This document shows positions 20,059-28,753 of a DNA stretch of 64,000 nucleotides, one piece after another. Position 1 is the first letter of the stretch, and every line of letters begins with the position of its first letter. The DNA lies in NCBI GenBank assembly GCA_964356225.1, contig CAYHGA010000003.1:266-64265 (forward strand), read 5' to 3'. Under the pieces are notes generated by a model. That model saw only the letters and a program-made list of their open reading frames with translations, was not told the origin of the DNA and searched no databases. Source of the stretch: an uncultured Gammaproteobacteria bacterium. GTDB taxonomy: Bacteria; Patescibacteriota; Microgenomatia; CAZETR01; Amesbacteraceae. The translations under genes were made by a program, and so were the position numbers.

Positions 20059-20316
20059 TCAAACTTGTCTCTTTATAAACTCACGACCTCTAAACGACTT
20101 AAGTTGCTTTTCACGAGACAACGCCTCGTTTCTAGACCCAAAAACTTCTTTATAAACAAGACTCCAATTTCCACGATTGATTTTAGTATAACTTCTCTTA
20201 CTTGAAATCAATTCACCATTGTGTCTTTTAAGTCGCTTTTCCAAATTACTGGTCTGGCCTATATAGATTTTTCCACTTTTGTTCTTAATAACATAAACTA
20301 CAAATACTTTCTCCAT
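20059..20316 (-). CDS. small GIY-YIG nuclease, YhbQ/UPF0213-like
   Basis: 85 aa with VYVIKNKSGKIYIGQTSNLEKRLKRHN (GIY-YIG). The start codon abuts the shared CTTTTAAGCT anticodon-loop segment of the disrupted tRNA-Lys copy. Confidence 0.8.
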   Translation of the reverse strand: MEKVFVVYVIKNKSGKIYIGQTSNLEKRLKRHNGELISSKRSYTKINRGNWSLVYKEVFGSRNEALSREKQLKSFRGREFIKRQV

Positions 20317-20343
20317 AGCTTAAAAGTCCGCCAGCTGGCGGAT

Positions 20344-20365
20344 CTACCAACTGAGCTACCGCCCC
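20344..20365 (-). pseudogene. 5' fragment (nt 1-22) of a second, disrupted tRNA-Lys copy
   Basis: The first 22 nt are identical to the 5' acceptor and D-arm of tRNA-Lys(UUU). Then a 16-bp palindrome TCCGCCAGCTGGCGGA replaces tRNA nt 24-31, followed by the conserved CTTTTAAGCT and the GIY-YIG ATG. Confidence 0.65.
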
Positions 20366-20417
20366 TCACTGAACTTATCAAGAGCATTTTATATCAAACT
20401 TGTCTCTTTATAAACTC
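20344..20417. repeat. 74-bp perfect direct repeat (copy B) of 20009-20082 (copy A): tRNA-Lys 5' part plus 52 bp of upstream flank
   Basis: The string ctaccaactgagctaccgcccctcactgaacttatcaagagcattttatatcaaacttgtctctttataaactc occurs twice, bracketing the GIY-YIG gene. Confidence 0.9.
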
Positions 20418-20500
20418 TCTCTCGCTTGAAGCGGCCAATCAGAGTTTGAAATCGTTGTCGCGTGGATATTAAAAAACTGATAAAATTGACCTATCCATCC

Positions 20501-20572
20501 GGCTCGATCGTCTAACGGCTAGGACGCGGGGCTTTCATCCCCGCAATCGGGGTTCGATTCCCCGTCGAGTCA
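20501..20572 (+). tRNA. tRNA-Glu (anticodon UUC)
   Basis: GGCTCGATCGTCTAACGGCTAGGACGCGGGGCTTTCATCCCCGCAATCGGGGTTCGATTCCCCGTCGAGTCA; anticodon loop CTTTCAT. Confidence 0.8.
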
Positions 20573-20575
20573 CCC

Positions 20576-21211
20576 ATGAAAGTCTTTCTTGTCAGGCACG
20601 GGCGGTCCGCAGACCGTGAAGCTAAAGTTCGCCAATCATTAAACACTCCTCTTTCCCAATCCGGGATCAATCAGGCACAAGCCGTAGTCGACAGACTCAA
20701 ATCTGAGGAAATTGACATCATTTATTCCAGTCCCTATCTCAGAGCCGCGCAAACAGCTGAAATAATATCTAAAGGGCTAAATCTTCCCCTGCAAGTGCAT
20801 GATCTTACCAGAGAATTAGCCCGGCCCTCTATGGACGGTTTAGATTATCAGGATCCTTTGAATCTCGAGTTTATGAATCAGCTTAAAGAAAACCTTTTTA
20901 ACATAGATTGGAAGTTTCCTGCAGATAGTGAATCATTCAGAGATGTTGCGGCCAGGGCTAGTAAGTTCAGAGATTTTCTTATATCAAGCCCCTTAGAGCA
21001 AAATATATTAGTGATCTCCCACGGTTTTCAAATCACCTGTTTTATTGGTGTGTGTATATTAGGAGATAATTACGATCCACTTACGTTTATGAAACTTGTA
21101 CGCTCTTTATCTATCGAAAACACTTCCATTTCAGAAATGGAATATTTCCCCGAAGATAAACGTTGGAAAGTAAAGCTCATTAATGATCATTTACACATCC
21201 AGGGTATATGA
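20576..21211 (+). CDS. histidine phosphatase family protein (phosphoglycerate-mutase-like)
   Basis: N-terminal RHG motif (LVRHGRS) and the SHG region. Confidence 0.7.
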   Translation: MKVFLVRHGRSADREAKVRQSLNTPLSQSGINQAQAVVDRLKSEEIDIIYSSPYLRAAQTAEIISKGLNLPLQVHDLTRELARPSMDGLDYQDPLNLEFMNQLKENLFNIDWKFPADSESFRDVAARASKFRDFLISSPLEQNILVISHGFQITCFIGVCILGDNYDPLTFMKLVRSLSIENTSISEMEYFPEDKRWKVKLINDHLHIQGI

Positions 21212-21705
21212 AAATCCTAGGTATAGATCCTGGCACAGCCACTACAGGATTTGGAGTGATTGAAACCACTCCGAACGGCTATCTTCTCCTGGATTACGGA
21301 CTGGTGTCCACTGACAAAAAACAAGCCCATGGCCTCCGCTTGGACCTCATCTATAAAGGCATTTCCGGGGTTATCACCAAGCACTCGCCAGAAGTTGTAG
21401 CCATCGAACGCCTGTTTTTCGCCACCAACGCCTTAACTGCCATTGCCGTAGGTCAGGCCATCGGGGTCATTAAATTAGCCGTCCACCATGCCGGCCTGCC
21501 CATTTTTGATTACGCTCCCATGCAAGTCAAAATGATTATTACAGGCTCCGGTAAAGCCGACAAGAAAGAAATCAAATCCACTATCAAAAAAATATTTAAA
21601 ATCCGGGAAAAAAGGGGGCAAAAAGCCCATTTTGACAATTCCGCCGACGCCTTAGCCATCGCCATTTGCCATGCTAAAAAAACTTCTGCTGTTGCTCGCC
21701 CTTAG
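21208..21705 (+). CDS. ruvC: Holliday junction resolvase RuvC
   Basis: MKILGIDPGTATTGFGVIE and the catalytic acidic residues. Confidence 0.85.
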   Translation: MKILGIDPGTATTGFGVIETTPNGYLLLDYGLVSTDKKQAHGLRLDLIYKGISGVITKHSPEVVAIERLFFATNALTAIAVGQAIGVIKLAVHHAGLPIFDYAPMQVKMIITGSGKADKKEIKSTIKKIFKIREKRGQKAHFDNSADALAIAICHAKKTSAVARP

Positions 21706-23017
21706 TGTTGGCGTTGTTAGGGCTTACGATCCCGCTTCAGTTCCCAATAACCGGGTCGGCGTGCATATATTAGATCCCAACGAAATAAACGACGCGGCTA
21801 AACTAATCAACTCCTCTGGTGGAGACTGGGGTTATGTCACGATTCCTATCAGAAGCAACGACCGGGATCGGGACAAATGGTTAAAATTTTTCCAGAATGC
21901 CCGCCGGCTGCACGTAATTCCCATTATCCGGCTGGCCACCTATCCCAATTCCGATGTTTGGGTCGAGCCTAACTCTGCAGATTTAATCGACTTCGCTAAT
22001 TTCCTCAATGACATGCCCTGGCCTACTAACAACCGTTACCTTATCCTCTTTAATGAACCAAATCATGCTAATGAATGGGGCGGCAACCTCAACCCCTATA
22101 ACTACGCTACTCTTTTAATCGATGCTCACCGCATATTCAAGGATCGCTCATCAGATTTTTTTCTCATTTCAGCGGGACTGGACATGTCTTCCCCCAATTC
22201 GTCCACATCTATGGATGCCCGCCAGTATTATCACCTTATGGGTGTCTGGCAGCCGCTCTGGAAGTCTGCGCTGGATGGTTTTGCAGTCCATGTCTACCCT
22301 AATTCCCGGGCCGGAATCGCTAGCTATAAATACGAACCGCTCGACAAGCGGCCGATTTTTATTACAGAAACAGGTTGGGTTGGCCAGCCGGATTTATACC
22401 CTTGGGCTCTTTCCCAAGTTTGGACGGAACCAAACATTGTGGCTGTAACTCCATTCGTTCTTTTCGCCGGAGCAGGGGAGTTCACCAAATTTTCTCTTCT
22501 TAACTCCCCCGCCTATTCCGGTCTGGTTGCCCTTCCCAAAATAGCCGGCAGTCCGCTCCTGGCAAACATTACTCTTTCTCCATCCTACTTTACTCCCGCC
22601 ACACCTCCAGAAACCATGTCGCAAATCTCCAAACTCTCCAAATTACTATCCGATTGGTTCAGCCGAACACACCAGCTTACTATCGGATCTACGACCATCG
22701 ATATTGAAATTGCTGACAACGAAACCAAGCGGGCCCAAGGCCTCTCAAATCGCGTTAGTCTACCGGACCAGTCCGGAATGTTATTTATCTTCCCCGAACC
22801 TGTCCGGCACAGTTTTTGGATGAAAGATATGAACTTCCCTCTGGATTTTATCTGGATTAAGAATGGCACAGCGATTCAACTATCAAAGGACGTTCCCTCC
22901 ACCCAACCCCCGGTCGTCCTTACTCCCGATGACCCTGTAGATCAAGTTTTAGAAGTCAACGCTGGATTTATAGACAAAAATGGTATAAAAGTAGGTGATG
23001 AAGTCCGAAGGAGGTGA
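21671..23017 (+). CDS. secreted GH5-like glycoside hydrolase fused to C-terminal DUF192 domain
   Basis: Signal peptide, an NEPN motif typical of GH5 clan A, and C-terminal GLSNR..GMLFIF..FWMKDMNFPLDFIWI (DUF192-like). Confidence 0.5.
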   Translation: MLKKLLLLLALSVGVVRAYDPASVPNNRVGVHILDPNEINDAAKLINSSGGDWGYVTIPIRSNDRDRDKWLKFFQNARRLHVIPIIRLATYPNSDVWVEPNSADLIDFANFLNDMPWPTNNRYLILFNEPNHANEWGGNLNPYNYATLLIDAHRIFKDRSSDFFLISAGLDMSSPNSSTSMDARQYYHLMGVWQPLWKSALDGFAVHVYPNSRAGIASYKYEPLDKRPIFITETGWVGQPDLYPWALSQVWTEPNIVAVTPFVLFAGAGEFTKFSLLNSPAYSGLVALPKIAGSPLLANITLSPSYFTPATPPETMSQISKLSKLLSDWFSRTHQLTIGSTTIDIEIADNETKRAQGLSNRVSLPDQSGMLFIFPEPVRHSFWMKDMNFPLDFIWIKNGTAIQLSKDVPSTQPPVVLTPDDPVDQVLEVNAGFIDKNGIKVGDEVRRR

Positions 23018-23271
23018 GGCGTATATCTAATCTCAAAGTCGGCGTCGTCACTCATTATTACGATAAAATCGGCGTGGCCGTTGTCGATTTGACCTCGACA
23101 CTCCACACTGGCGATGTCATTAAATTCTCCGGTTCCACCGATTACTCACAGACAGTTTCCTCCCTTCAAGTTGAGCACGAAAAGATCACATCGGCTAAAA
23201 AAGGGGACACCGTAGGGCTGAAAGTGGAACAACCTGTTAAACCCGGAGATGCAGTCCTCAAAGCCGCGTAA
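23014..23271 (+). CDS. hypothetical small beta-rich protein
   Basis: 85-aa ORF, translationally coupled to neighbours. Confidence 0.3.
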   Translation: MRRISNLKVGVVTHYYDKIGVAVVDLTSTLHTGDVIKFSGSTDYSQTVSSLQVEHEKITSAKKGDTVGLKVEQPVKPGDAVLKAA

Positions 23272-23674
23272 ATATATGCTACTGTCTCTTGCCCCCGATA
23301 TTAGTCGGCGGATTTTCCGCCTGCTCAAAAGTCTGGACTTGCCGCACATTCGTCCCGCCCACTTGATTTGCTTCAGAAGTACCGGGTCCACCGGCCGGGC
23401 CACTGCCCGTATTTGGAGTCTGCCCAAAATTTGGCAAATGGCCCTCTCTGTAGAAGCTCATTACTGCATAGAAGTCATTTCCGAAAAATTTGACAGTCTA
23501 TCGACCGACGACCAGGATCGGACATTAATTCACGAACTTCTGCACATTCCCCAAAACTTTTCCGGGGCCCTGGTTCCCCACCGCAATCACAAGTACCGCA
23601 CCTTCCGCCACTATCATGATAAAGTCGAGTCGTTATTTCAAATGCTAAAAAATGATCATCCTTCACGGCGATAA
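23249..23674 (+). CDS. putative HExxH zinc metallopeptidase-like protein (SprT/DUF45-like)
   Basis: HELLH motif. It is short and basic. Confidence 0.4.
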   Translation: MQSSKPRKYMLLSLAPDISRRIFRLLKSLDLPHIRPAHLICFRSTGSTGRATARIWSLPKIWQMALSVEAHYCIEVISEKFDSLSTDDQDRTLIHELLHIPQNFSGALVPHRNHKYRTFRHYHDKVESLFQMLKNDHPSRR

Positions 23675-24179
23675 CCAAGTTACCTCCCGCCAAGCATTGC
23701 TGGCAGCCAAAGAGGGGAGAACCGTTTTAGAATTTACAGGTTCGAATTTGCTTTTAGACCAGTTGGTTAACGCAGTTGAAACAAATTCTCTTTTCGGCCA
23801 GGCAAATACTATCGTTATCGAAAGGGCGTTTGCAAAAAAAGAGATAGTTGAATATTTAATAAATAATCAGGACAAAGATATTATTGTTTGGGAGCCGAAA
23901 GATCTTTCAGCCAAAGTTAAAAATTTTAAAAACGTTCAAAAGTTTGATCTACCCAAATACATCTTTAGTTTTCTAGATAATCCCACAGTACCAGGATTGC
24001 ATTTAGTGCTCCAAACAATGCCGGCAGAACAAATTATGGCTAGTCTGGCCACACGAGCTCATAAACGCGCCAACACTAAATGGCTCCAGGAACTACTCAC
24101 CATCGACTACAAGCTAAAGACCGGCACCCTGCCCTACGATTTGACCGTCGCTCTCGAGCTGTGGTGTGCTAAACTTTAG
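23652..24179 (+). CDS. holA: DNA polymerase III delta subunit (short form)
   Basis: MIILHGDN... N-terminus and an overall delta-like clamp-loader fold. 175 aa. Confidence 0.55.
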   Translation: MIILHGDNQVTSRQALLAAKEGRTVLEFTGSNLLLDQLVNAVETNSLFGQANTIVIERAFAKKEIVEYLINNQDKDIIVWEPKDLSAKVKNFKNVQKFDLPKYIFSFLDNPTVPGLHLVLQTMPAEQIMASLATRAHKRANTKWLQELLTIDYKLKTGTLPYDLTVALELWCAKL

Positions 24180-24182
24180 TCA

Positions 24183-24590
24183 ATGCCAATTCTCTTCGGG
24201 ACCAACGGCATCCGTGGTCCGGCTGACACACTATTTACTAAGCAATTTTGCCTAAAACTGGGATTAGTTTTCGGCACCTGGCTCAAATCCAAAGGTAAAG
24301 AAGGCTATGTCGCCATTGCCTGCGATCCGCGGGAATCCAGCCCCTTCATCAAGCATCATGTAATCCAAGGTCTGGCTTCACAAGGTTGGGAAATTTTGGA
24401 TGAGGGCGTAGTTCCCACACCCGCCCTCACCTACTTCGTCAAGAAATCTCCGGCGGTCGCCGGAGGAGTCATGGTCACCGGATCTCACATTGCCGAAGGC
24501 CTCAACGGTGTCAAGTTATTTATCGATGGTGAGGAGGTCACCAAAGCTCATGAACTGGAAATCGAGCAACTATTCAACTCCCATAATTAA
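24183..24590 (+). CDS. phosphoglucomutase/phosphomannomutase, N-terminal domain I (frameshifted from downstream ORF)
   Basis: FGTNGIRG and the active-site region VTGSHIAEG. The reading frame continues in the +1 frame at about 24585. Confidence 0.6.
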   Translation: MPILFGTNGIRGPADTLFTKQFCLKLGLVFGTWLKSKGKEGYVAIACDPRESSPFIKHHVIQGLASQGWEILDEGVVPTPALTYFVKKSPAVAGGVMVTGSHIAEGLNGVKLFIDGEEVTKAHELEIEQLFNSHN

Positions 24591-26505
24591 ATACGAAAAC
24601 ACTGCTAAAGAATTGTACATAGAAATGCTAAAAAAACTGGCGAACGCACCGTACCCGAAGTGGAAAATCATCACCGACACCGCCAATGGTACCCAAACCC
24701 AAATCATTAAAGATTTACTCTTAGACCTAAACTTGGACTATATTTGTACCGGCGATTGCGATATCCAGTCTCCCGAATTCATCCCTCGGGATACCGAAGC
24801 CCCCGGAGCTTTCGCCGAACTAGCCCGCCAGGTGCTTCTCCAAAAAGCCGATCTGGGTTTTGGTTTTGACATTGACGGAGACAGAATTATTTTCATTGAT
24901 AACCTGGGCCGGTATCTTCCCGGCGACTATTCCTGTACTTTAATTGCCCAAAGCGAGAAATACAAAAACATTGTCACCCCCATTAGTACCAGTTCAGTCA
25001 TTGATTCAATTGGTAAAAAAATTTACCGCACTCCCGTCGGAGCAACTCATGTCATAGCCAAAATGAAAGAGGTTGGAGCTGCCTACGGTTTTGAGCCAAA
25101 CGGAGGCGGCATTAGCAGTGAGATTTTTTATGGCCGTGACGGCGGATCAACCCTCATTAAGATGCTCAATTTATTAAAAAGGAGCAAGAAATCATTAGCC
25201 CAGCTATACGATTCATTACCTAAATACTTCTTATTCAGAGACAAAATTGATTGTCCTTTTGCTAAATATGACCACATTTATAAAGCCGTCCGTGAGAAAT
25301 ATTCACAAATAAACGATCTGGATGGCCTGAAAGTGGATTTAGGTCACGAAGAATGGATTTTATTTAGAGGATCCGGAAACGCACCCGAGTTTCGTGTCTT
25401 CGTCCAAAGCTTGAACGAAAAACGTTCTCAAAAACTCGGCCACGACGCCCTGAACTGGGTTAAATCTCTCTTAACGCACAAGGTCTCTCCTTGTGCGCCC
25501 GGTATCGACAGCCTAAATATTTTAAAATCAATCCAATCTCTGCCGGACCAATGTGCCCAGGTCATCTCCGAAATTTCCCAAGCCACGGTTCCTCCCAGCT
25601 GCAATTTAGTAAACAACATTGTTATCTCCGGAATGGGTGGGTCAGCCCTGGGTGGCCGGGTCATAGCCAGCCTGGAACGCCAAACTCTGGGGATTCCCAT
25701 CACAGTTTCAACTGAATATCACTTGCCAAATTTTGCTAACGAAAAAACTCTGGTAATTATCTCCAGTTATTCAGGGGAAACGGAGGAAACCTTATCCGCC
25801 CTGGCCGAAGCCCGTTCCCGTGGTTGTCAGATTTTCGTGCTTACTACAGGAGGAAAATTAGGCGTATTGGCCGAACAATTTAACCTTCCTCACTATCTTT
25901 TGAACCCCCAACACAACCCCTCCCGCCAACCGCGTATGAGTTTAGGATACGAAGTTACGGCCATATTGGCCCTCCTGTCACGTTGCCAGCTCATTCACCC
26001 CATAAAAGATTTTTCCCGTCTACCCGACTTTTTACGTAGCCGGCAATCTACTATGAACTGTGAACTCTTAGCTAAGAACTTAGTGGATCGCATCCCCGTC
26101 TTTCTAGTGAGTGAACATCTCAAAGGAGCTGCCCACGCCATGAAAAACCAACTCAATGAAAACGCCAAAACTTTTGCAGTGGTTTTCGATTTGCCCGAAG
26201 CCAATCACCACCTTATGGAAGGCTTGGCTCATCCTTCCAGCAATCCCGAAAATTTAGCAGTGGTTATGATCGACTCGCCCCACTATCACCCCGAAGTCCG
26301 CAAGCGCTATCCTTTAACCCGGCAAATTATCACTAAACAGCACATTCCGGTTTTTGATTTCCCTTTGGCCGGTCCTAATTCGGTATTCGAAGCTTTAGAC
26401 GTTATTCAGTCAGGCGCGTACTTAGCATATTACTTATCCCAAGAGTACGGCATTGACCCCGGCCCCATTCCTTGGGTAGACTGGTTTAAAGATGAATTAC
26501 ATTAA
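24490..26505 (+). CDS. PGM/PMM domains II-IV fused to bifunctional phosphoglucose/phosphomannose isomerase (SIS domain)
   Basis: FRGSGNAPEFRV (the PGM domain IV loop) continues without a stop into VISGMGGSALGG...SYSGETEET (PGI/PMI SIS). Confidence 0.65.
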   Translation: MPKASTVSSYLSMVRRSPKLMNWKSSNYSTPIIKYENTAKELYIEMLKKLANAPYPKWKIITDTANGTQTQIIKDLLLDLNLDYICTGDCDIQSPEFIPRDTEAPGAFAELARQVLLQKADLGFGFDIDGDRIIFIDNLGRYLPGDYSCTLIAQSEKYKNIVTPISTSSVIDSIGKKIYRTPVGATHVIAKMKEVGAAYGFEPNGGGISSEIFYGRDGGSTLIKMLNLLKRSKKSLAQLYDSLPKYFLFRDKIDCPFAKYDHIYKAVREKYSQINDLDGLKVDLGHEEWILFRGSGNAPEFRVFVQSLNEKRSQKLGHDALNWVKSLLTHKVSPCAPGIDSLNILKSIQSLPDQCAQVISEISQATVPPSCNLVNNIVISGMGGSALGGRVIASLERQTLGIPITVSTEYHLPNFANEKTLVIISSYSGETEETLSALAEARSRGCQIFVLTTGGKLGVLAEQFNLPHYLLNPQHNPSRQPRMSLGYEVTAILALLSRCQLIHPIKDFSRLPDFLRSRQSTMNCELLAKNLVDRIPVFLVSEHLKGAAHAMKNQLNENAKTFAVVFDLPEANHHLMEGLAHPSSNPENLAVVMIDSPHYHPEVRKRYPLTRQIITKQHIPVFDFPLAGPNSVFEALDVIQSGAYLAYYLSQEYGIDPGPIPWVDWFKDELH

Positions 26506-28753
26506 GTGGTTTAAGGATTTATCCAAAGAGGATATTGCTGTTGCCGGCGGCAAGGGGGCCAATTTAGGCGAACTCACCCGGGCCGGTATTCCCGTCCCTC
26601 CCGGATTCGTAGTTCTCTCATCCGCTTATTACAAATTTTTGGAAGATAATAAACTCCGTCCGCAAATTCACCACATTTTAGCTACCTGTGACGTTTTGGA
26701 TCCGGCTCAACTGGAGACAGCCGCCAAAAAAATTCAAAAGCTCATGTCCGCCGCCTCTATCCCTGCGGAAGTAGCCCAGGAAATATTTACCTCTTACGCC
26801 AAAATCGGTTCTAAAACCGCCGTGGCTGTGCGTTCTTCTGCCACCGCCGAAGATTTGCCGGAAGCCTCGTTTGCCGGTCAACAAGAGTCATATTTGAACG
26901 TCATCGGTGACGCCAATGTGGTAGCCAAAGTTAAACAATGCTGGATCTCTCTCTTTGGCGCCCGCAGTATTTTTTACCGAGTTCAGCAGAAATTCGATCA
27001 CTTCAAAGTCGGTATCGCCGTTCCGGTTCAAACCATGATCCAGTCCGAAATTTCCGGCGTCATTTTTACCGTTGATCCCATGTCCGGTGATCGGGACAAA
27101 ATCATTATTGAAGCCATTTGGGGATTAGGGGACTACATTGTCCAGGGAGTAGTCACTCCCGATCATTTTTCCGTATCCCGCGCCACCAGCAAAATCGTTG
27201 ACAAAAATATTTCTACCCAAGAAATTATGGAAATCAGAAACCGCCAAGGAGTCAAACAAGTCAAGGTTCCATCCCATCTGCGCTCCGTTCAAAAAATTTC
27301 CGACTCTTCGGTTCTTAAGCTGGCAGAATACGGTCAAAAAATTCACCAGCATTATTTCTTCCCCCAGGACATCGAATGGGCCATTGCCAAAGGAAAAGTC
27401 TATTTCACCCAATCCCGACCCATCACCACACTCAATAATGAAAATTCAAAATCCGAAACTCTAAATTCGAAAATTCCGCCGATTCTTAAAGGGGCACCTG
27501 CATCACCAGGTATTATTTCCGGCCCTGTCAAAATAATTTTAGATATCAAAAATATCGGCCAGGTTAAAAAGGGCGACATTATGGTCACAGACATGACCAC
27601 CCCAGATTTCGTCCCAGCCATGAAACGGGCTGCTGGTATCATTACCAACCGCGGCGGGCAGACATCCCATGCCGCCATCGTATCCCGTGAGCTAGGCGTT
27701 CCCTGTGTGGTAGGCACGTCAGTAGCAACCCACACTCTTAAAGATAGTCAAATAGTTACTCTTAATGGATCCACCGGCGAAGTTTTCAAAGGCGCTCTCC
27801 ACCTTCCGTCAATCCAACTTCAAAATCCAACTTCTAACCTCCAACCTCTACCTTCTGATATCAAAACCGCCACCAAGCTTTACGTCAATCTCGCCGAAAC
27901 AGAATTAGCCGATAAAGTCGCTTCCGAAAACGTAGACGGCGTAGGCCTTTTACGGGCCGAATTTATGATCGCCGGAATTGGCACTCATCCCAAGAAACTT
28001 ATTGCCGACAAAAAAGAAGAAGAATTTGTTTCCAAATTGACCGAAGGCTTGGTTACTTTTTGCCGTGCCTTCCATCCCCGCCCCGTAGTCTACCGGGCTA
28101 CAGACTTTAAAACCAACGAATACCGTTCCCTCAAAGGTGGTCAACTTTACGAACCCGAAGAGTCCAACCCCATGCTTGGATTTCGCGGTGCTTACCGTTA
28201 TATCACCCATCCCGAAGTTTTTCAGCTGGAGCTGGAAGCTATTAAGCGGGTGAGAAACCGTCACAAACTCACCAATCTGCATCTCATGATACCCTTCGTG
28301 CATACTCCGGCTGAAATGCAGGAGGTAAAAAAACTGGTGTCTGTCAGCGGCCTATCCCGGAGCAACTCATTCAAACTTTGGATGATGGTAGAAATTCCCA
28401 GTAACGTTATTCTATTGGATGAATTCATTGATGTGGGGATTGACGGCGTATCTATTGGCAGTAACGATCTCACCATGCTCATTATGGGCGTGGACAGGGA
28501 CAATTCGGAAGTGGCCCCGGTTTTCGACGAGCGCAACCCTGCGGTTATGTGGGCTCTGGAAAAAATTATCAAAACCTGCCTCAAGCGCGGCATCACCTGC
28601 GGTATCTGCGGCCAGGCCCCATCTCAATATCCGGAATTGGTCGAAAAATTGGTTTCCTGGGGCATCACCAGCATCTCCGTCAACCCCGACGCTATTGATC
28701 GTACCCGGGAACTTATTTACAATAGTGAATTAAAGCATGTCAACCAAACTTAA
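26492..28753 (+). CDS. ppsA: phosphoenolpyruvate synthase / PEP-utilizing dikinase
   Basis: Pyruvate-binding N-domain, phosphohistidine domain GGQTSHAAIVSRELGVPCVVG and a C-terminal PEP-utilizing TIM barrel. Confidence 0.8.
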   Translation: MNYIKWFKDLSKEDIAVAGGKGANLGELTRAGIPVPPGFVVLSSAYYKFLEDNKLRPQIHHILATCDVLDPAQLETAAKKIQKLMSAASIPAEVAQEIFTSYAKIGSKTAVAVRSSATAEDLPEASFAGQQESYLNVIGDANVVAKVKQCWISLFGARSIFYRVQQKFDHFKVGIAVPVQTMIQSEISGVIFTVDPMSGDRDKIIIEAIWGLGDYIVQGVVTPDHFSVSRATSKIVDKNISTQEIMEIRNRQGVKQVKVPSHLRSVQKISDSSVLKLAEYGQKIHQHYFFPQDIEWAIAKGKVYFTQSRPITTLNNENSKSETLNSKIPPILKGAPASPGIISGPVKIILDIKNIGQVKKGDIMVTDMTTPDFVPAMKRAAGIITNRGGQTSHAAIVSRELGVPCVVGTSVATHTLKDSQIVTLNGSTGEVFKGALHLPSIQLQNPTSNLQPLPSDIKTATKLYVNLAETELADKVASENVDGVGLLRAEFMIAGIGTHPKKLIADKKEEEFVSKLTEGLVTFCRAFHPRPVVYRATDFKTNEYRSLKGGQLYEPEESNPMLGFRGAYRYITHPEVFQLELEAIKRVRNRHKLTNLHLMIPFVHTPAEMQEVKKLVSVSGLSRSNSFKLWMMVEIPSNVILLDEFIDVGIDGVSIGSNDLTMLIMGVDRDNSEVAPVFDERNPAVMWALEKIIKTCLKRGITCGICGQAPSQYPELVEKLVSWGITSISVNPDAIDRTRELIYNSELKHVNQT

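Noticed and set aside
20059-20316. GIY-YIG gene as a homing endonuclease of a tRNA group I intron
   Set aside because: No intron structure exists. The tRNA halves are not rejoined across the gene. Instead, a 5' tRNA fragment plus an intact tandem copy are present, and the protein resembles the small YhbQ/UPF0213 family rather than intron-encoded HEases. I kept it as an insertion-footprint observation instead.
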